A DNA stretch of 41,198 nt, taken from the NCBI GenBank assembly GCA_000708835.1, contig DF237671.1, forward strand, positions 1-41,198, written 5' to 3'. Below are positions 12,432-21,054 of this stretch, one piece after another. Positions within the stretch are counted from its first letter, which is position 1, and the number at the start of each line of letters is the position of its first letter. The position numbers were made by a program, and so were the translations under genes. The notes under the pieces were generated by a model. That model searched no databases and was not told the DNA's origin. It saw nothing but the letters and a program-made list of their open reading frames with translations. Origin of the DNA: Klebsormidium nitens. Its lineage: Eukaryota > Plantae > Klebsormidiophyceae.

Positions 12432-13139
12432 ATGGCATCAACTATATCCCGCCACGGCCACGGTGCACCAGGCGGCACCGGTAGTTCCGGCCTTCCCGCA
12501 TTGGTTGCATGGCCCCCCCAACGCGCTGCACCAAGCAACCCCAACCCAACCGGCCCGGGGGCCGCTGCAACATCTACCGGCCTCACCGCTAGCGCAGCGG
12601 CGGAGATCTCAGGGCGCCCAAACATGGCGCAAATCATACCCCACGGAACACATCCTGGTGGTGACGACGACCCGGCCGGACCAGTTCCTCACTGAGTCCG
12701 TCACGCATCTCAAGGAACCACTCCTCGCCGCGGGTTTTACCCGCGCCGCACGATCATGGATGTGATCAAAACCTTGCGCCCGACGGTTCACCAAACGTGG
12801 GTACCCAAAACGCACATGGGCGATGTGCTGATCGGCTCGGTGGCGGACACAAATGCGACCTGGTACAAATGCGAGTACCAGGGCCTTACGGCGGCTGTGC
12901 TCGCTCGGGGACTGCTCGTTGAGAAGTGCAAGCTAGCCCAAGAACGATGCGGCACCGGCGAGCGCGCGGCTGCACATGTGCGCGCCAACACCCATAACAC
13001 TCGAGCTATTGCGGCGGCTGCGGCGGAGGCATTGGCGCCCATTGACAACGCGCCCGGTCGAAGTATGACCATGGACGAGATGCAAGACCTTCTGGACCGC
13101 CTTGTCAAGGGCAAGAACCAGGAGGGGGGGCCACAGTAG
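12432..13139 (+). pseudogene. Intronless reading frame interrupted by one in-frame TGA (12693-12695); unknown product, possibly a transposon relic
   Basis: ORFs 12408..12695 and 12756..13139 share one frame and are separated only by a TGA. An overlapping frame (12463..12765) is also open. No family recognised. Confidence 0.35.
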
Positions 13140-13931
13140 GGCCACCACTAGTCTAGCGCAGATGATGATCTCATAAGTTAGCATTGAACGCCATTCCGCC
13201 GTAGCCGTTTGCATAGCATACCGAGTCATTAATACGAACATTTTGCCCTTATATGCATGATGTGTAGGTACTGCAGTTGGTTGCTTGTTTTTCGTAGTGA
13301 ATAATGACGAACATCGGACATGACTTGCAGCAGCCGTAGCAGGCTGCAGAGTCAACTCGTTGTATCCCGATCTCACCAGAGTGTTGTCCGGTGGCTCAGT
13401 GTGGCTCAGGGTTTATAACAGCAAGTGACCATCGACTATCTCCTACGTCTCGGGCCTGGCATAATTGTGCGTGGGTTACATGCTTTTCATCGATTGCATG
13501 ACCTAATGGCAACCTTGGAAACGTACTTAAACCATCATCATCTGCATGGCAGAATGCATGCCAGAATGAACGATGATTGCATCCTACAATAAGCTCAGCG
13601 TGAATCCGGAGCTGAGACAACGCCTCATACATTTTGTAAATCACAGAGGACACAGATTCGAGGGCACAGGATCAAGAAACAGATGGACATGAGATGAACA
13701 TGCTTCAGAACATTTCACGCTACGCTCAATGGTAAGTTCATTTATCGTGTTACAAGAACGTTAATCAATCAGGAAGATGTTTGCCAGCCTGAAATTGGGC
13801 GACAGGATCAACATGTCTAATCTTGCTACAGAATGTAACCGTTCTGTCCCTAACAAAGAGATTGCGGCTTTTGGATGAATCGTTCTTTAAGACATGTCAC
13901 ATCACGGGCAAGTCACGCTAGGCCCTCGTGC

Positions 13932-16900
13932 TCACCACCCTTGCCCCTGGCTCCCAGCCCCCGAGGACCCGGGCTGCTGTGGCTGAATCATCCAGGGAGG
14001 GAGGATCGCAGGTGCCTGTGTTCCCGTCCCCACTGAACCGGGGCCTCCATTTGACGGCCAAGCGGGTCCCGTTGCAGGCACTCCTGGGTACCCTCCTTGA
14101 TACCCAAAACCTACGTTGTTCGATTGCGGCTGCACCGAAATACCTGGCGCTTGTTGTGCCGAAGGCGGGAATTGTGAGCCACCCCCAGCATATGTGGCTT
14201 GGTACGGCAGTTGGCCCCCTGCACCCGGCCGCTGCTGGTAGGGCCACGCCTGTCCTGCGGCCCCGCCTGGAGTCCCCGCCTGCCCGCCAAAGCCGCCGTA
14301 CCCGGCGCCAGCAGCTGCTGGCGGGCCGGCCTGTTGCAGCCACGGCGCCTGCCCTGGGGCCGCGTATTGGTAGGGGAGCCCCTGCTGCGGCGGGCCCCCG
14401 CTGAAGGCAGGCGTCATCCCTGGGGCTGGCCCGTAGCCAGGTACCCTCGCCCCTGGCCCAAAGCCTTGTGCGCCTGCTCCCCCAAAGCCGGGCCCGTAGT
14501 ACCCTGCCGGCCCCCGCTGTGGCCAGCTCGCACCGTACGCCGCACGCCCTGCAGCCTGCGGGGCCGATCGGAGGCCCATTTCTCCAAACCCTTCGAGAGG
14601 CCCGCTCCCAGCGACTCCCGCAGGCGCCGCTGATGGAGGCCTTGCCTGACCGTTGCCCCCTGCGAGTCCTGCCTGGCTGCTCCCGGGCGCCGGCTGCGAC
14701 CCTGGGCTTGCACCCCCGGACCCTGCACCGCCCCACACTGCCTCCTGCTGCCCGGCACGCTGCTGGCCTGGGTCGACTACCTTCTGAGGGCCTGGCACAG
14801 GCTGGCCGCCGTTCTGCCGGGGCGGACCAGGCGGGCTAAACGGATCACCCCAGGACGGAGCACCCGCAGGAGCCCCGCTGCCAGAAGCAGCCTGCGGGGA
14901 TGGCCCCTGCTGAGCGCTGCTTCCACCCTGGCAGCTGCCACTNNNNNNNNNNNNNNNNNNNNNNNNNNNNNNNNNNNNNNNNNNNNNNNNNNNNNNNNNN
15001 NNNNNNNNNNNNNNNNNNNNNNNNNNNNNNNNNNNNCGGGAACGTCACCCCAACGGGACGGAAGGCGACCCGGCCACGGGAGGACCCCCGCCGTGCCAGT
15101 AAAGCAGCCTGCGGGGGATGGCCCCTGCTGAAGCGACTGCTTCCACCCTGGCAGCTGCCACTGGACTGCTGAGGGAAGACGGCCGCAGGGAACGCAGCGG
15201 CAAACACGGGCTGGGGCCCGGAGGAGGCCTGCTGTGGCACCGCGACCACCGCGGGCTGTGCTGGAGGTGGGGCCTGACTGTGGGTAGGGCTAGCCCGCGT
15301 GGGCACGGGGGTAGCAGCGACTTCTGCAGCAAACAGCATCAGGCATCAGCGCTTGAGGACGAACCACAGCCCACGTTTGCCGATCCTTGAAGAACCTAGC
15401 ACTCTTGTCAGAGCGACCAACGTACAGTCAACCCACAGCGAGCTCATCAGCATGGCACCTAATGCACATTCACAGGCATGTATTGATCGAGCGGGCGCCA
15501 CGTGCAAGTGCTGCCTACCTGCAGGGGGAGGGGTTGCGGGCTGGCCTGGGACGGGGGAGCCGTCGAGCAGCGACACGAGGGCCGCTGGCTTCGGCGCTGG
15601 CCCCTGCTCCGCGGGGCTCCCAGTGGGAGCAACCTCCGGGAAGAGGGGCTGCGCAGGGCGTGGCGGGGGCGGCAGCTCGTAGCTGCTGCGCCGAGACGCG
15701 GACGGGGAAGTCTTGGTGCTACCAGAGAAGGCGCGCGGATCAAAGTCGGAGTCGAAGGCAACCCAGCTCGACGCATCAGCAGCGCTGGCAGCAGCGGCGG
15801 GGCCAGCCTGCATAGGTGGCGCCGATGAGCTGGCGGGTGGAGCCGCCGCTGACACGGCCTGGCCGCGAGCCTCCACCTTGGGAGCGGGCGCGGGCTCCGC
15901 TTTACTCGACTCAAGGGAGGGCCGGGTGGCGGATTCCCTCCTGGACAGAGCGCCACGCAGAGCCTCCTCTATGGACATGGCCTGCAGCGACGAGCGAACA
16001 CCCGGCGCAGGAGGGGGGGGTACGGCTGGGCCAGGCGCCGCACCGGTGAGGGGCCGGGTGAGGCCGGCGCGGGTGGCAGGGGAGGGCAGGTCGGTGCCAA
16101 ACGACGACAGCGCTGCGACGGGCGGGGAGAAGCTCGACTCCCCAGGGCTGGTCACGCGGGTGGAGTCAGTCTCCTTGAGGACGGGCCTGGGTGGCGGGAC
16201 GGGCGAGGCAAAGCCCGAGAGGTTGCCAAGGACAGGGACCGAGTCGGAGCGGCGCTGCGATCTGGGGGCTTCCTGCGGAGAACTGGTAAGGGACGGAGAC
16301 GAGGCCTTGTTGCTGGAGGGACCGTCAGGAGGGGCCATGCTGCTGCTGCTGCTCCTGCGCGGTGGGGGAGGGGCAAAACCTGGCAGGCCTCCAATGGCAG
16401 CCGGTCCAGTGGGGGCAGGCTGGGGGGCCGCAGGCTTTGGGGGAGAGGCAAAGCTGAGCTTGGGTCCAGTGGGGGACGGGAATTGCACAAGGACAGGCGC
16501 CGGTGCTGTGGGGCTGGGCGCGCCAGTCGGTGCTCCCGCGGCCTGCTGCGTTTGACTGGCTCCCTCAAAATTGGCAAAACTGGGCTGTGCAGCAGGTGCA
16601 CCCGGAGTGGGCACCACAGCTGGCGGGGGAGCCTTGGCGGCCCCTCCACCAAAGAAGGAGTCCAGATCGTGGATGCTGCTGGAATGCGCCACAGGCGGGG
16701 GGGTGGCGGCCAGCCGCAGGTCATCCAGGCGGTCCGAAATGGTGGGCGCCAGGGGAGCCCCTCGTGCGCTGCTGGGCGGGGTGATGGGGGCACTGCTGGG
16801 GGCACTCTTGGGGGGCGGCTTCTGGCCCACGAATGCCGCACTGGCGGACGACGCCAGGCTGGGACGCGTCTGGAGTGGCGGAGGCTTGGTGATAGAAAGG

Positions 16901-17258
16901 CCGTCGTTCAGCGACAGCGCATGCGACATCATCCCCGCGGCCTTCTTGCGAACGTCCTCCCCTGGCTGCCGGGCGGGAGCAGGAGCCATGGCTGGCGCAC
17001 CAGCAGGGCCACTGACCCGGGTGGGCGATTTCTGAGGGGGAGGGGTGGAGGAGGCCTGGAGGTTGGCGGAAGGTGGGGCTGCGGAGGGTGCAGCGTTCGC
17101 AACAGGAGGGAGTGTGGGACTAGCGGCAGGGGTCGAGGGGAGAGGCGGGGCAGGGATGGGGCCCCTGCTTGGCGCTGGCAGTATTGGGGTAGCCGGCTCA
17201 GGAGCAGGGCTGGGCGGGGCAGGCAGGGTGGGGAGGGGAGGGGAAGGCTGCGAATTGC
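13932..17258 (-). CDS. Very long Pro/Ser/Ala/Gly/Gln-rich low-complexity coding region (~970 aa) with WVAFDSD and WGDPF motifs; probably the 3' part of the BAG gene at 18061-18987
   Basis: Exon 17258-15519 (acceptor tatgtag, donor gtaggc, phase 1/1). Exon 15323-13932 is continuous once the false duplication at the 94-N gap is removed (1172 nt, phase closes at TGA). The upstream donor gtgagc is at 17454, next to the 604-N gap. A further small 3' exon is possible because tg|gtgagc overlaps the stop. Confidence 0.7.
14943..15036. other. Assembly gap (94 N), probably spurious
   Basis: N run whose two flanks overlap in sequence. Confidence 0.9.
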
Positions 17259-17456
17259 CTACATACATACAAGAAGAGGCCAACTCAAAGTAGGGTAAGG
17301 GAATAAGAGGCATAAGTAAGCTGTGACGAACATACAGTACAAACCAATCTCTACAAATTGTACATCTTGGTGTGCTAGTGCTTTATGGGGTACAAGAAGC
17401 TGGAAACAGAACGGTCGAAAAAGCGTGCGGGTCCTGCTCTGGCTGCATGCTCACCC

Positions 17457-18060
17457 NNNNNNNNNNNNNNNNNNNNNNNNNNNNNNNNNNNNNNNNNNNN
17501 NNNNNNNNNNNNNNNNNNNNNNNNNNNNNNNNNNNNNNNNNNNNNNNNNNNNNNNNNNNNNNNNNNNNNNNNNNNNNNNNNNNNNNNNNNNNNNNNNNNN
17601 NNNNNNNNNNNNNNNNNNNNNNNNNNNNNNNNNNNNNNNNNNNNNNNNNNNNNNNNNNNNNNNNNNNNNNNNNNNNNNNNNNNNNNNNNNNNNNNNNNNN
17701 NNNNNNNNNNNNNNNNNNNNNNNNNNNNNNNNNNNNNNNNNNNNNNNNNNNNNNNNNNNNNNNNNNNNNNNNNNNNNNNNNNNNNNNNNNNNNNNNNNNN
17801 NNNNNNNNNNNNNNNNNNNNNNNNNNNNNNNNNNNNNNNNNNNNNNNNNNNNNNNNNNNNNNNNNNNNNNNNNNNNNNNNNNNNNNNNNNNNNNNNNNNN
17901 NNNNNNNNNNNNNNNNNNNNNNNNNNNNNNNNNNNNNNNNNNNNNNNNNNNNNNNNNNNNNNNNNNNNNNNNNNNNNNNNNNNNNNNNNNNNNNNNNNNN
18001 NNNNNNNNNNNNNNNNNNNNNNNNNNNNNNNNNNNNNNNNNNNNNNNNNNNNNNNNNNNN
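17457..18060. other. Assembly gap (604 N) inside the probable BAG/low-complexity gene
   Basis: N run. A minus-strand frame is open into it at 18061, and a donor site lies at 17454. Confidence 0.95.
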
Positions 18061-18987
18061 ACCCAAGACCTCCGTTCTGAGGATCTGATGGAGCAGCAGC
18101 CTACGGACTGGGGCTACACCCGAGGCCGCAGGACCGCCTGGGCCCTGCACGGCTCTGTCCAGCTGCGAAGACAGGCCGTTCACTCGCACGACCTGCGCAG
18201 GAAAGAAGCGTCCAAATCAACCGCGAGATGCACACAGATCTGTGAGAAGTTTAGGGCTAAAACAAGGCGACACAGAAGTAGCCCCTTCCACTTAAGAGGA
18301 AGGTTTGCAGCGGCACATCTGAACAAGGATTTGTGACGGTTTGTATTAGGAAGCAACCTGAAGGGGCACTCTGCCTCAAATGCAGCATTGAGCATCTGCT
18401 CACCTGTGCTTTGCGCTGAACTCTGATCTCGCCGTCCCCGCTCACAAGATCAAGTTTCAGTAGAGTCTGAGTCAGCAGCTCATGTAAGAGCGTGATTTGT
18501 TGCTGAGCGGGAGTAATGCCAATCACAGCACTCTTGACAACCACTTCAACCTGCGCACCAACCAGAAGGACACGTGATGGAACCTGGGAAGCTTTTGATG
18601 GTGGCGGATACGACAGCAAAACTGCAGATGACAGTCAGCATGTCAGCTGTTATGACAAAGGTAAGCTTTCCCACGGGGTTTCATCTTGAGGAAAACAGCA
18701 AGTTCCACGATCCAGTTCTAAAAGAGAAGACCTTCTCAAAGATACACATCCCACCAGATTTTCTTTTGTAATTCTTAGAATCAGTCAGTAGTGCAGATCT
18801 GCCCTAACCGAGCTCCAACTGCCAACCTTAGAACCCTGATTGAGCAGGTTCCTTGCAATGGGAACATCCATGCTCAGCCCGCTGAGGTCATCTTACCTGC
18901 GCTGCAAGAGCATCAACTTCACTGCTGATTGTGGCCAAAGACTGCAGCGCCTTCTGCTCTGCCAGCGTCATTTCACCAATTGGGCCA
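18061..18987 (-). CDS. Second BAG-domain protein (partial model; 5' exons unresolved, 3' runs into a gap)
   Basis: Exons 18987-18897 (EQKALQSLATISSEVDALAAQ), 18550-18404 (LLHELLTQTLLKLDLVSGDGEIRVQRKAQ) and 18192-gap (VVRVNGLSSQLD..., open to 18061). The sequence aligns by eye to the BAG domain of the 9599-11310 gene. Confidence 0.75.
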
Positions 18988-20163
18988 CTGCCCCCTCAGC
19001 TGATGATCAGAGATAATAATCTATTAGCAGCTGCTCAGGCAGGGGTTCAACGAGGCACCCTCTCAAAAGCATCTGTCCAGGCTAAGCCAAGAAAGTCGAC
19101 TCGCAAGTTACTGACGGAACACCCTCAAAACCCAGCGGGACTTGCAATGGCTCCAGTTTCCTGCGCAACCTTGAAAATCCTTTCAACCTCGCTCCCTTGG
19201 CCCCAAGCAGCAAGGATCGAGGCTTCTCTCTAGCATTCCAGCTAACACAAAAGTAAGTGTTGGAAACCTGCATAGCAATGCTGCAAAATGCTTCTGCAAG
19301 AGGGTCGACGCCGTTCGCTGTTCAGCATCATTGGCCAGCCAGTTTTGAATGCAAGCCCTCTAGCAATTCAAAGCCTTAGCTCATAGCTGAGAATGAGCGC
19401 CAGCACACGCCTCTGATCTTGGTTCTGAGAATTGCAACTGACCTTCTTGCAAGTGCCTGCATGTGCTTTGAACAGCTTATGGGCACAATATTCCCAGATG
19501 CAACTACCGCACTGCCCACAGCAGGCAGCCACAACACAATCTCACAGCTTGAGAGATCTAGCTGTAGAGCCGTGACTGCCTTTACTCACAGCAAGAGCAC
19601 AAGCTTGAAGGACACGGCCTTCTGTTGCTGGACGATTGACGTACAGAAAAGGTTCAGAGACGTGCCACCAAGCTGGACCCGCGTCCCCAACTTCAAGGCA
19701 CCATTTCAATTTGTCAGGTTGAGCGCATGATCGCGCATCGCCAGTGCTTCTTTCACTGGCAGTGGCGCAAAACGGACCAAGAAGCCGAACATTTTTGGGA
19801 ATTGAATGCTCGTCGACGCACGGCAATTTCAACCGGGCAGTGCTCATCGGGCACAGCCGAGTGACTTTGGTGGGGTTGGTGGGCGGGTTAGGGTGGGCTG
19901 GGGTGGGCTGTGGCGGAACGACTTAGGGTGTTGGTTAGGGTTAGGTCACCGTATTAAGGTTTTAGTGTAGGTCGGAGGTTTCCCCGGTAGCAATGTGGCC
20001 CGGTACAGAGACCGTGCTGTGGTGGGTACCTTAGCTTGCATCGGTACTTGAAATCAAGCCCATGCGCGGTACCCACCTCTTTTAGACAAACGCCGACTTC
20101 CGTGCGGTTCCGGAAAATGTTTGGTGGCAGTGGCAGAATCAGAACCGTGTCGCAAAACTATCA

Positions 20164-20708
20164 AAGTAGACTCCTTTTGTTAGTGTCTCCGCCACTCTGA
20201 TTGGTGTGAATCACTCTCAACCCACCTGAAAGCACCTGAAGTGTGACAATTATTGCAGTATGTCAGTGGTTACGGGAGTGGTCACAACGTTGACAATGAG
20301 ACTGACATCGACATTGACATCGACGTTGACATTGACATTGACCCGGGGCACTTACTTTGACATTAGGGTTACGTTGCAAACGTGTGACGGTTCACGCCAA
20401 TCGACCAGCGCTTTGTTAGGGTTACGCCATTTCCCAGTGACATTAGGTTTACTCACTGACAGTGACGACCGGGCAGAGTTCTTTTAGTTTTAGTTTTGTA
20501 GGCCATTTATCCTGACCCGGTCCCATCCGTACTAGAATCCGTACCGCAGAGCGTACGGTAAAACCTGAAATTCTGACGCATTTTTGTTCAAAGGACCTGA
20601 GCTGACAGTACGGTCCACGCGGATACCCTGTGAACCTATGATCCCGCGTGTACGTAAGATGTTTCACACTTTTTTGGAGCCTGAGACACTAACAAAAGGA
20701 GTCTACTT
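20164..20708. mobile_element. Putative non-autonomous DNA transposon (MITE, ~545 bp) with a perfect 26-bp inverted repeat
   Basis: aagtagactccttttgttagtgtctc (20164-20189) is the exact reverse complement of gagacactaacaaaaggagtctactt (20683-20708). The interior is non-coding and low-complexity. Confidence 0.6.
20302..20343 (+). repeat. Seven tandem 6-mers (consensus TTGACA/TCGACA)
   Basis: ctgaca tcgaca ttgaca tcgacg ttgaca ttgaca ttgacc. Confidence 0.85.
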
Positions 20709-20824
20709 CGTCGTACTTGCGCAACAGTGTCATGTCCGGAATCTTCTTCCCACACGATCCAACTAGATCGAGAAGGCTCTGCTGTGACCCACAATAAAAA
20801 TATGGAGTATTCATGATTGTTACC

Positions 20825-20895
20825 GCTGGTCCGGGGCGGCGGGCGGCCCGCCCGCGCGGCCGACTGGGCCGGCCGCCACGGTTGGCCCGGTCAGT
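20825..20895 (+). promoter_or_regulatory. GC-rich proximal promoter-like island upstream of IleRS
   Basis: ggggcggcgggcggcccgcccgcgcggccgactgggccggccgcc lies ~170-230 nt before the ATG. Similar islands precede SSADH, carB and the right-edge gene. The function is inferred from position only. Confidence 0.35.
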
Positions 20896-21054
20896 CCGGT
20901 GTGCTGAGACGTTCCGGTCACGCATTCCCATGTTGCGTCGCCGACGCCATGGCATTGCCTCCGTTCCAAAGTGAACGGCAGCGCTGCTGCACTGCTGATT
21001 CAAAAGCGCCTTGATTGGGTTGTCGTGGTGCCATCTTCAGAGGAGCGCGCAGCC

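Noticed and set aside
12693-12695. TGA as selenocysteine
   Set aside because: No redox motif context and no SECIS that I can recognise downstream.
15387-17298. Gly/Ala-rich plus-strand ORFs (15713..16555, 16483..17298)
   Set aside because: They mirror the Pro-rich minus-strand exon. Splice sites and phase support the minus strand.
17323-18336. ORFs of 230-337 aa across the N run
   Set aside because: Artefacts of translating Ns.
19888-19945. True or interstitial telomere array
   Set aside because: Only scattered single units rather than a tandem array; kept only as a motif cluster.
20290-20343. TTGACA as bacterial -35 boxes, or the array as CRISPR
   Set aside because: The locus is eukaryotic, and this is a contiguous hexamer microsatellite with no spacers, -10 boxes or cas genes.
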